A model generated the notes under the pieces. That model did no database searches. It saw nothing but the letters and a program-made list of their open reading frames with translations, and had not been told where the DNA came from. Shown here in pieces: positions 15,273-26,680 of a DNA stretch of 54,886 nucleotides. The stretch lies in assembly GCA_963575745.1 (NCBI GenBank), contig CAUYUJ010000205.1:62001-116886 (forward strand), in the 5' to 3' direction. Made by a program: the position numbers and the translations under genes. Source of the stretch: Prorocentrum cordatum. Its lineage: Eukaryota. The first letter of the stretch is position 1; each line of letters starts with the position of its first letter.

Positions 15273-18200
15273 GGCGACGTGGTGATTAGCACATAGAACG
15301 CGCAGGCCCTCTTCGTGTCGGATCCCACTCGGCGTGGTTTGAAGATGGGGTACGTCCAGCACTTGATGCGCGCGACAGACATCCTCCTTCTGACGGAGTC
15401 ATGGCACCACAGGGGACTTTGCGCTCTGCCGAGCCCTTCATGGCTGCTCATGCTGGTGGTCCGCGGGCCCGACTACAGGGCGCGCCGGGGTGGGGGTCGT
15501 CGTGCGCTCCTCTTTCCTGGACCTCTTCGACTCCCCGCCGGTTTGGTCGGTGATGTGGCGGGGCCGAGCGGCCAAGCTTTCGCTTCGAGGCGCAGCTGGG
15601 GCTCTCGACGCGGTGGTCGTCTATGGTCCCACGGGGTCGCACCTGACTGAGGCGGAGTTATTCGACGTTCGCATGTCGGAGCGCTCCAGGTGCCGCTCCT
15701 TCACTGGTCTGCCGGCTTGCCTCCACGCCAGGGTCGCTGGCAGGCTCACCCCAGCTCGCACTGCCCTCACCTTGCTTGGGGGTGATTTCAATTGCGCCGC
15801 CGAGCCCGGAGGGCGACGAGCGCTGGCCTCGCAGCAGGAGTCGGGAGGGCGGGATCAAGGGGAAGAGCGGCATTTCCGGTCTGCGATCGGTCTGCCTTTC
15901 GATTTGCACGAGATGCACCAGCCAGATTTCACCCACTCTTCGGCGAGCTCGCAGTCTCGAATAGACAGGTGGTGTTGTAATCAATCGGTGTCTGAACAGC
16001 TGGACCGGCACCTCTCCTGCTGTGCACTCCCCTGGAAAGTTGACCTCTCGGCGCACCGCGCGGTCACCTTCGCCCGCCGCGCCCCGCAGCGCGTGCCCGC
16101 GTCGCATCGACCTGTCCCGGAGCAAGCTCTCCAGCACCCAGATCACGCCCAGCGCGTCCATTTAGAAAACGGTGAGCTTCTTCGTCTTCACCCGGGCGAC
16201 GTTGGTGTCCAGAAGCTGAAGCACCTGAAGGCGGCGACGCCGCTGGCTGGCATCTCTCTCGCAGGGGAGCTTTCGAGTTGCCCGCGCGCCGAGGCGCTCG
16301 ACGACAGGCTGGGGGTCACCATCCGCTTCATGCGTTCCTTCGAGCGGGGGCTGCCGGGGCGCATATCTTCGTGCTTGGCCCGCTATCCCAAGCTGCGGGA
16401 TCTTGTCGGCAACCCGTATGACTTCACCGGGAACGTTACAAGCAAGCTGCATCGGGTCTGGGAGCACGCGCTCGAGCTGGCTCGTTCCCACGCGCTGGGC
16501 GAGTTGGGCAAATCGCACCAGGCGCTTCACGGTTCCGTTTCTTTTCAGGCCACAAAAGTAAGAGCTCGCAATAACCGTTTGATTTTTCGACTTCGGCCCG
16601 GACGGTTTGCAACAGTCCATGCGGTGCAGGGCGCGCGGGGGGAGCTACAGACGACGCCAGACGGCATGGCGGACGCCCCTCGCCAGCACTGGGCCGGGGT
16701 CTTCCTCGCGCGGGGCGTCGACGAGGAGAAGTTGTCCGCGTGGTTGGGGGGCGACGCGGACGCCCGTCCGTTGTCACACCTCGCCCCGTTCCCCGCTCGC
16801 AGTTTCCGGCTGCGACAGAAACGCATCAGGTAGGTAATCCGTAGCTCGAACCGCTCTTCGCCAGGGCCAGACGGTCTTCCGTTTTTGGCTTGGAAACAGA
16901 TCGAGAGTTTGGCCACGAGCGTGCTCTACGAGGCGTTCGTGGACATCTGCGGGGAGGACTGGGCTCGTCGGCTTCAGGAGCACGCCCTGGACTTCAACCA
17001 TAGCCTCCTGTTCTTCATCCCGAAGGGCTCGCCGGGGCAGACCGAGGGCGTGGATGCGTTTCACGGCGCCGCGCAGGTGAGGCCATTGAATGTGACCAAC
17101 GCGGACAACCGGCTTCTCGCGAATGCTGTGAGGCTGGTCATCGAAGACGCGGTGGCCGCCAGGGTTTCCCCCGCTCAGCGCGGGTTCCTTCCCGGGCGGT
17201 CCATGCTTGCCAACGTCGTGGGCGCCGACGAGGAGATGGCGGTGCAGTGCGTGGAGGGCACTGGGGCTATGCCCATTTACTTTGACTTTGAGGCCGCGTT
17301 CCCGTCCTTGGAGCACGCCTTCCTCATGCGGCTGTTGCGGCACTTCGGCTGGCCCGGCTGGCTGATCCGCTTTGCGCAGGCGCTGTGCCAGGGCAACTTC
17401 TGCGACATCGCGCTGAAAGGGGTGCGGTGCGAAGGATTCGCGCTCACCCACGGGTTGCGGCAAGGCTGCCCGCTGTCGCCTTTGCCCTTCGCAGTCGCTT
17501 CAGATCTGCTGCTATGCCGGCTCCAGCGCCTCCTGCCCGACGCCGCGATCAGGGCTTGCGCTGACGACCTCGCACTTGTGGCAGCCAGGGTGCTCTCGAA
17601 GCTCCCGCTTCTCCACGAGCTGTTCGACGACTGCGGCAGACTTTCTGACCTCCGCCTCAATATCAAGAAGACTGTGATCGTGCTGGTATTCACCTGCTCG
17701 GTTATGGAGCTCCGCGGAGACATAGCTGCCCAGGCGCCAGCATGGGGGGCCATGGCGATCAAGGACCAGGCGAAATATCTTGGCTTCGTCTTGGGCCCCG
17801 GGGCGGACGAGTCCAGCTGGGAGGCGCCCTTGGGGAACATGTTGGAGCGCGCCAGGACCTGGGGCGGGATTGGGATCGGCCTGTTCCACACGTGCGAGCC
17901 TTTCCGCGTCTTCGTTGCTTCTGTGGTGATGTTCGTTGCCCAGCGTCGCCCTCTCCCTGCCGCATTCGACTAGGTCGAGAAGCGGGTCGGCGCCAAGCTG
18001 TTCCCAGGGCCGGGCTCCTGGGCGCGGCCGGACGTTGTGACCCGCCTTCGGGCTTTGGGATTCCCTTGCGAACTCGTGGATGTTCGCTGCGCCGCATCCG
18101 TCGCGCAGGCCAGAGTCTGCCATCTGGGAGCTTTACAGCAAGGAGGGCTTCAAGCTCTTCCCGGGGCTGCGCGCCTCCGCCGCTTGCTACTGGACCGCGA

Positions 18201-18977
18201 CGGCCCTCTTGCGTTCCCACTTGCGGTGCAGAAGTGGTTGGACAATAACTCCTTGTCCGTGCTGGAAGCGGCGGCAAACCGGGTGAACCAGTTGGAGCAT
18301 CGACTGGGTTGGCCGCGGTCATGCTCGGCGCCCCAGGCGACGCTGGCGCGCCGCAAGGCGACGTGGCAGGCAACGCGGGTCCGGGAGCTTCTGGCTGAGC
18401 GCCCGTTTGCCGCGGTCGATGTCTTATGCCGTCGGTTAGAATATTGGCGCGTGGACGTCTTCCCGGGCGCGCGCGTGCGCCGCCTTTTTTGACGTGCCTG
18501 GAGATCTTAGGCCGCGCGGCGGCTCCTCCCTGCGTGTTCGCTTCAGCCCTCCGCGCGGCTTTGAACGGTTGGGTGGCCGCCCGCCGCTTTGATGGGGGCG
18601 CGAGATGCGTTTTTGGTTGCCCCGCTGGTGCGGACAGTATCCAGCACTACGCGCTTTGTGGCTGCTATCACAGGTGGTGCAGCGACTACTGCGCCCTGGC
18701 GAGGCCTTCTCCCGGCGCTGCTCTCTCTTGTTTCTTGGGCCTCAGGACTTCTACGTCGCTGGGGGTTTCGGCCGCGTCCTTCACAAGTGAGGAAGCGTTG
18801 GCTCTCCGCGGGGTCAGCGTCTACGCGCTGTACAGGGCCCATCTTGCGCTTCGGCACGGGGCCGCTGAGCAGTCCGAGGCGGGCTACGTTTTCAAGGCTG
18901 CTGTCCAAGAGGCTTGCAGGGAAGGCCGTCTTGGGGATCTTTTTGCTCGCTCGCGCCGCCGGCGTCGCGAAAGCTAG
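15273..18977 (+). pseudogene. LINE ORF2 remnant: apurinic endonuclease + reverse transcriptase + zinc motif
   Basis: APE motifs IST*NAQAL, DILLLTE, LLGGDFN, SRIDR, SAHRAV. RT motifs SPGPDG, RPLNVTNADNRLL, QRGFLPGR, DFEAAFPS, GLRQGCPLSP, CADD (YADD-like). C-terminal CVFGC..DSIQHYALC. In-frame stops at 15294, 16831 and 17971, plus frameshifts. Confidence 0.95.
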
Positions 18978-21609
18978 ATCATCTACCTGTCTGTTGTCTG
19001 TCGCTGCTTTCGGGCCGCCTGGAGGGCGAGTGGCTCACCGCGACGGGCGTCGCGAGAATCCCAGTATCCCTCCTGCATGCTCGCACGGGGGAGGGGGGGA
19101 ACGTAACGAATTTCCCCCCCTTGCGATGTTTGCGCGGGGGCCAAAAACTCCACTCTCTTCCCCCTCGGCAGCGACCGCGTTTAAGGTGCATATCCGGAGA
19201 TGCGCTGTGCGGATGCTCAGTCGGCTCTGTCCCGGCCGCGTGGCCGATAGATCGCGCGCACGACACTTCCTACACGTCCGCCTTGCTCGTCTCCCTCGCC
19301 CCTCCTCCCCTCCCATCCCCCCCCCGCCGCCCAGGTGTAGAGGCGCCCGTCTGGCGAGATTTGCTCGCAAACTGTCGAGGCCAGGCAGCGGCCTCGCCGG
19401 TGCGTCGGAGAGGCTCTGCCTTGTGTGAGGGGTGCGGGTCCGTCGCATCGGGAATCCCGCCCCTTCCCATTTTCCCCCTGCTCGCCCGCCAGAGGTGCGG
19501 CGTTTTTGTCGATCAGTGCCAGCAGGTTTCTACGTGGTGGTTGAGGCCCCCAGCGTTCGAGTGGGCGGTCGCCTTCCGCCTTTCGCTGCCTCCACTTTGC
19601 CCGTCTCCTCTTCCCTCTTGGTGTTTGTTTTCGGTATCGGCGCTGTGAAGGATGTTGTGGCGCTGGGTGTCGCCACTCTGATTTAGCTACTGTGCCTCTT
19701 CAGCATGTCGCGTCGCGGAGTTATCTCTCCGCTTCGAAGGGGGTCCAGATTTGCAGCTCCATTCGTGGTCTTACACGGCCGGCGAACCGTGCACGTGCAC
19801 GGTGCGCAGCACTCGGTAGTTGACAGCTCGTGGCATTTGTTCGCCTATTGCAGGTTGGCTCGTGCAGCGACGCTGGATCTAAGGCAGTCTAGCCTGCAAT
19901 GTCCGGGCTCCCAGCTTCAGCCGTATAGGTTTCCACTTCGCGGTCCTTGCTATTGTATTGTGTCCACCTCTCCTGCTCTTCTCCTCTCGTCGCCTCTCCT
20001 TCCTCCTCTTCCCCCCTGGCTATCCCATAATATTGTGTTGGATTTACTGCAGTGGCCGTTTGGGCCATGCGGTAGGGGTTGTGACACACTGTGTGCAAGT
20101 CTAGCCCGATACGTTTTGAGGGCAATTCGTATCAGTCGCGTTCTGGTCTCTTGCAAGTCTCATTCGGGAGGAAAGGACGATGACGGTCCCGCGGCAGGAT
20201 TGCTTGCCGACTCCCCGGCACGAGGTGGATAAAGATCAGGCGTGTGCGCGGTCTCCCTTTCGCCTCTTCCTCCCCCTTCTCCAAAATTGCGCTGTAAACA
20301 AAAAGGTCCAATGGAAGCAGTGGCTGCATCCCATTGGTGCCGGCTGCCCATGGCACTCCGACTGCAGCAACGATTGCATCCCAGCCTCCCCGTCGTTTCC
20401 AGTTCCCCAGCCAGCGCCGTGAAACCCTAGGACTGCAGGGGCTCTGAAACGTGCCCTCTGAGGTTCCGTCTTGCTTCCTGGGATCGGCTTTGCTTCGGTG
20501 TGCGCAGTTTTCGGCTCAGGGGATATTGGTTTGGTCTCATTCGGCTTGAGGTTTCTGCCTGCAGGTTCTTATCTGGCGCTGCCTTCAGGAACTCCATTGG
20601 CTACAACTGCTGGTCGTTGAAGAAATGGGCGCTTGCCGCACGACGTCTTGCAGCACGACGGGCCCTGTAGCAGGTCCACCCGCTGCCGGCGGAGGAGGTG
20701 CTCCTCGCAGAGTGAACCACTCGTTAGCGGGCGTGTTTGGTGGAGGTGCATGTGTGGCGATTTTCTCCCTCGTTCCTCTTCGTTCGATCACAGCTTTGCA
20801 TTGCATGTTAGACTCCCCAGCTTTTTATCATCACTGGCGCTGGCCTCCGTCCCTCGGGCGCGGCGCCCACCGCATTGGGGACGCCAGGGGCGGCTTGCTC
20901 TCAGAGTTTCCCGTCCACAGTCCGGCTCCAGTTTGCTCATTGCATTTGCTTGGCCGTCCGCGCCTTCCCTCCTGCTCCCTTCTGCTCTCCTTCTCCTGCT
21001 CCTCCGTGCTCCTCGGCGCTGCACTGGCAGCCTCGGTACTTCGTGCTCGCCCATTGGACCTGGCCCCCTGTCTCCGGGTGGGCGTTCCTACTTCATACTG
21101 TTGGGCTCGCGAGGGCTTCTTGTGCGAGTACCCTCTTCGGCAATGCTCGGGGGAGGTGGTTTATGCGCGCACGAGATTTTCTTTCTCTGTGGACGTTCGC
21201 CTGGCTGTCGCTCCTCCCTCTTGTTCTCCTCCTCCTCCTCCTCCTCCTCCTCCTCCTCCTCCTCCTCCTCCTCCTCCTCCTCCTCCCCCTCCTCCCCCTC
21301 CTCCCCCTCCTGGCTGCCGTTGTGTTCGATATGTAAATGTCCGAGGTTCGCTGCATGAATCCAGCTGGGAGTGCATTCGTTTCTCAGTCGCTGGAAGCAC
21401 GGCTTGGGCGACCACACGCGCACCATCAGCTTTCCCTTGCCTCCTCCTCCTTCCCTCCCTTCGTGGCCCCTCTTCCTTCCAGTGCCAGCTCGTCTACGGT
21501 GCGCGGACGGATGCGGCCACCTGCGGCGCGTTCGATCCCGCATACGCAAGTTGCCGTCCCTTCCCCCCTTCAACCTTCCTCTCCTCTCGTATTGCTTTCT
21601 GACGGTGCA

Positions 21610-22680
21610 ACAGGGCCCAAAAACGGCCCCACGAGCCCAAGAGAGCGCCAAGAGGCCCCACAAGAGGACCCCAATATCGCCCCAATACGGCCCAACAGGC
21701 CTCCAAGGGGGCCCCCAAGACGGCCCAACAAGGCCCCAAGACAACCCCAAGGCCTCCAAGACGGCCCGACGCGGCCCCAAGGCCCCAAGAAGGGAAACTT
21801 GAACTGAGATTTCGCACCCTCCGCCCCAAGGCCGCCAAAAACAGCAGGAGGCCCCAAGAGGCCGCCAGCAAGCCCCCGAGAGGCCTCCCCAAAAACCCTG
21901 GGAGGCCCCCAAGAGACCCCAAACAGGCCCCAAGAGGCCCCCGCAAGGCACCCGAGAGGCCCCAAAGCACTCCCAAACCGCTTCCAAGAGGCTTCCGAGG
22001 AAGACCCCTTGGAGAGCTCTTGGGCCTCCCTTCTTGGAGCCTCTCCGGTCTGCAGGGGCGAGCCGTCGGGGAGTTCTCCCCGAGAGTTCTACGGACCCGC
22101 CGGCCACCGGCGGCATGCTCCGCAGTGCCGTCTGCCTTCTTCCAAGCCTACGCAGCCCGCGCGCCTCCTCCGACCTCCTCGGGCGGCCACAACCAAGATG
22201 GAACATCGTGAGAAGAGGAGGCGCTTCTCAATTTCCAGCCTTGACCCTAATGCGGCCCACAGACGGCTCAAGATTGTCCCAGGGCGGCTAAAGACACCCC
22301 CTCAGACAGCTTCTCTGCGCCCCGAATGCCCAGACGGGCTCCAGGAACAAACCAAACAACTCAGTTTCCTGTAGAAAGCACAAGCAAGAAGGAGCAGCAA
22401 TCAGCAAGCAGCTTCCAAGAGAGCCCTGACGACAGCCCAACAGCCCCTCAAGACGGCTCCAGAGACCCCCGAAACAGCACAAGAAGCCCCCAAGACGGCA
22501 GTAAGAGGTGCCAAGACCGGGATCCCGAACCCAAAGTTGGAACGCTTCCCTCCGACACAGTCCCGGCTCCCTCCTCGCCCCCCAGACGCGCCAAAGAGCC
22601 TCCTGGAGGCTCAAAACTGTCCCAGAGCCCCCACGACGGCTCAAAGAGGGGCCCGAAAGTGGCATCCTGGACTGCAGCCA
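21610..22680 (+). repeat. Degenerate ~10-11-bp GGCCCCAAGA tandem repeats (two blocks, ~21610-22000 and ~22410-22680)
   Basis: Repeated GGCCCCAAGA / GGCTCCAAGA units; the same family occurs in reverse orientation at 33180-35030. Confidence 0.8.
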
Positions 22681-23234
22681 CAGCACGAGGTTGCGGCAAT
22701 CATTACCTGCAGCATTCAGCGGCGGCAGCAAGCAACAGCGGGCAGTAGCAAGCGCTGAGTGCGAAGTTCGAGCCCCACGTCAGAATTCCAGCGTGTCGGA
22801 AGCGTGTCCGCCATCACATGCCAGATCGTTCAGCTCGCGTGGACGTAGTCCACGGGCCAGCCCTAGCCAGCTACACCGCGGGGATCAGCACTTGCGGCGA
22901 GCTGCTGCTTGTCCGCGTACCTCTGGCCTGCCTCGGCAAGATCTCGCGGTGACCCGCTTGCGACCTCGTGGACCGCCTGGAGGCGTCCCGTGCCATCCTG
23001 GACAGTCTCGGGGCCCTCTTGTGCCATCTCGGAGCGCCTCGGGAGGGCCCGGGAGCGCACCGGGGCCGGCGGGGCCGATTTGGTCCCACTTGAGGGCCCT
23101 GCCCCCGGCGTTAGAACGTACAGGTGTCCTCCTCGAGTGCAGGGTTGGCTCAATCCGTCCAGGCTCGGGGAGGCGTCAGGCTTGCGATTCTCGAGCGCTG
23201 ACGCCGTTGGCGAAAACAGCCTCCGTGCGGGCCC

Positions 23235-23835
23235 ATGCCGCGGCGAAGGTTGCCCATGGCCGCCGCCGGCTGCGGCGGGGCCGGAGTTGTCCTGTGCTGG
23301 CGCGGCGGGTGCCCTCAGATCCCGACGTCGTGAACAAAACATGTCGGGGCGTTTTTGCTCTGCTTCGGACGCAGGGGCCTTCGACCGGATCAGTCCGAGT
23401 GTGATCTGTCAGGTCATCGTGATCGAGGCCTTCCTAGTCAGGCCTGCGTCTGGGAGGAAGGCCTTCGCCAGGCCCAGGTCGGCCTTTCCAAGTCTCCCCT
23501 CGGCCTACTGGGGCCCTCCCCAGGCCTTCCCTGGGACTACCGAGGCCTTGCCTGGGCCTGCGTCTGCCTGTCCACGACGTCGGATCTCCAGGTGCCCCCA
23601 CGCATCGTTCGTGGGCCCCCCAGCGCTGCGCGGGCGCGCGCTCGGCGCCGCGCCTCTCGCGACAGACGAGGAGCCGGGCGCCGCGGCGGCACCCCCGGCG
23701 GCGGCGCTGGCGGACGGCCTCGCCGCGGCGCCGCTGCTGGGCGGGGCGGCGCTGTGCCTCGGCGCGGTGGCCGCGAGGGGCGCCCGGCGGGCGCGGTCCG
23801 CCGCAGGGCCGAGGGTCGGGCGGCGCTTCTTCAGT
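23235..23835 (+). other. Dinoflagellate class I-type plastid targeting presequence (signal peptide, FVGP motif, second hydrophobic segment, Arg-rich end)
   Basis: Spliced translation [35 protein letters not shown]...[38 protein letters not shown]. Confidence 0.75.
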
Positions 23836-26637
23836 GACCCCATGGATCGCGGGGGCGCCAACTGAAAGGCGAGAAGATGCTGTTCTCCAGCCCGCAGTGC
23901 AGTACTCTAGGGGCCCTCGGAGCGTCTGCTGGCCCTGATCTGGTCTTTCTTGCCCTGCGCTCTGGGCCTGAGAGCTGCGGGTGCATGTCTTGTCTCCGCG
24001 GGGGTCCCCCATGGGCCGCTGGGGCGCCGACCGGTACACCAGCGCCGATCCTCGAAGAAGAATGCATGGACGCAAAGTTTCAGCGAGCTGCGCAGATCTC
24101 TTGAGGTCGGAGCTGGGCCCCCCCTGGCGGCGCCTCCGGCGCCGCCCCTGGCGCGCTCCGTGCGCCAGGGAGGGGGGTTCAGCGGCGATCCAAGAAGTGC
24201 GAGCGGGCCTCCGAGCGGTGATCCTCGTGCGCTCTGTCCTCCTCTGGCTCCTGGCCGGGCGGATCACGGGCCCTGGGTCGGGGCAGGTGCCTTCCTGGCC
24301 GAGGCAGGAAGGCGCGCGCTCCGGTCCCTGGCCCCGGCCAGGCACGGCCAGGGTCGGCAGAGGTGCATCAGTCGGCGCTGTCCGGGAGGAGGCGATGGAG
24401 AGCCTGAACCCGTTCCGGGAGGACCCAGCCGAGAGCACCCGGAAGAGGTACCAGCCGAAGGTCGACGAGATCAACGCGCTCGGCCCATCCCTGAGGGAGA
24501 AGAGTGACGATGAGCTGCGAGAGCTGGCGCTGGAGCTGCGCAGCAGGGCGCAGGGGGGCGAGTCCCTCGAGAGCCTGCTGGCAACATCTTTCGCGCTGGT
24601 GCGTGAGGCTTCCGACCGTGTACTCGGACTGAGGCATTTCGACGTTCAGCTCATAGGTGGGATGGCGCTGCATGAGGGCAACATCGCCGAGATGGGCACG
24701 GGCGAGGGTAAAACCCTCGTAGCCATCCTCCCCGCTTTCCTGAACGCGCTGAGCGGAAAGGGCGTGCACGTGGTCACCGTGAACGATTACCTCGCGCGCC
24801 GCGACGCCGAGTGGGTTGGGCAGCCGCTGCGCTTCCTGGGGCTGGCCGTGGGCGTTGTGCAGGGCCAGATGGCCAGCGATGCGAAGCAGAGGGCCTACCG
24901 CAGCGACGTGACCTACGTGACCAACAGTGAGCTTGGCTTCGACTACCTGCGAGATCAGATGTGCCCTGGCCCGACAGATCTCGCTCTGCGCGCGGAGCAC
25001 CCGTTCCATTTCTGCATCGTGGACGAGGCAGACTATAGGGGTCGACCCAAACGGTGTTTTTTGGCGACTTCCTGGACTGTTTTCGTTCCGACATCGTTTT
25101 GCAGCAGAGGCTGATTGGAGGCAGACGAGGGAGAGCGAAAGCAACACGACAACGAAACACACTTTTTGGGTCGATCCCTGAGGTTGACTCCATCCTCATC
25201 GACGAGGCCCGGACCCCGCTGATCATCTCTGGGACGGCGCAGGACGCGCCAGGCAAGTACCAGGTCGCCCGGGAGGTGGCCAAGAGCCTCAGGAAGGCGG
25301 TGCACTACACCGTTGACGAAAAGCAGAGGCAGTGCGTGCTGGTGGAGGAGGGCGTGGCGGCGGCGGAGCAACTCCTCAACAAGAGCGATCTCTTTGACCC
25401 TGATGACCCCTGGTTCCCCTTCATCGTCAATGCGCTCAACGCGAAAGAGCTGTACATCAGAGACAAACAGTACATCGTGAAAGACGGCGAGGTAAACATC
25501 GTTGACGAGTTCACTGGCCGCGTGATGGAGGGAAGAAGATGGAGCAACGGGCTCCACCAGGCTGTCGAGGCCAAGGAAGAGGTAGATATCCAGGCCGAGT
25601 CGGTGACCCTGGCGTCGATCTCGTACCAGAGCCTTTTCCGCCTCTTTGGCAAACTCGGCGGGATGACGGGCACGGCTTTCACTGAAAAAAAGGAGTTCAA
25701 AGAGATTTACAAGATCGAGGTTGTGGTCATCCCTTCGAACAGACAGCGCATACGGGAGGACAAAGACGACCAGGTGTACGTAGACGATATTGGCAAGTGG
25801 AAGGCGGTGGCAAGGGAAGTGGAACGCGCCCACCGCATCGGCCGCCCAGTGCTCATCGGCACGACCAACGTGGAGAACTCGGAGATCCTCGCGGAGCTGC
25901 TGGACGCCTCGGAGGTGCCCTACAGGCTCCTGAACGCCAAGCCGGAGAATGTCGCCCGCGAGACCGAGATCATCGCAAGCAGCGGGCGCAAGTACGCGGT
26001 CACGATCTCCACGAACATGGCTGGCCGCGGCACCGACATCCTGCTCGGCGGCAACAGCTCGATGATGGCGCGCCTGAAGCTGCGCGAGGAGCTCTTCCCG
26101 AGATTGTTCAAGGCCAAGAGGCAGGCATGGGTCATGCCGGAGGAGTTCTTCCCGGTCGACCTCTCCAAATCTGTCTCCGACAAGGTTCTCAGCATCGTCT
26201 AGCCGATCCCAATCCCCACAGGCATTGGTATCTCAGCCCCACCAACCCACTTCCCCAGGTGGGCATCGCCCCAGTGAAGCCCGAGGATGAGGGGGTGAGT
26301 CGGCCGGTGGGGCCAAGGCCTTGCCAGTGGGGATGGGGATCGGTTAAGCGCTGCTCGAAGGTGCGGGACGCTGTGCGAGCCGCCGTGGCCGAGTGGGCCC
26401 CAGACTCCGCGGAGGAGCTGGCGCCCACGTCCACGGACGCCGCGGCCAAGATCCTTGAGGGCAACCTTACCGAGCTCGAGGCGGACGAGCGTCTGTCGCT
26501 CGCATGCGAGAAGGCCCCCACCGAAGACGAGGCCATCCTGCGTCTCCGCGAGGCCTACAATCTGATGGCCGCGGAGTACAGGGAGGTGACTGACGTCGAG
26601 AAGCGGGAAGTGATCGCGTTGGGCGGCCTCTACGTCC

Positions 26638-26680
<43 letters not shown>

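Larger units (their letters stand above)
12307..20305 (+). mobile_element. Full-length, decayed non-LTR retrotransposon (LINE; APE + RT + C-terminal Cys/His motif)
   Basis: A perfect 20-bp direct repeat GTCCAATGGAAGCAGTGGCT lies at 12287-12306 and 20306-20325. An A-rich tail (GTAAACAAAAAG) precedes the 3' copy, and ORF1/ORF2 remnants lie inside. Confidence 0.93.

Noticed and set aside
25054..26360. secA as a frameshifted pseudogene
   Set aside because: The frame breaks at 25028-25182 and 26185-26360 are removed exactly by GC-AG and GT-AG introns that restore conserved motifs.
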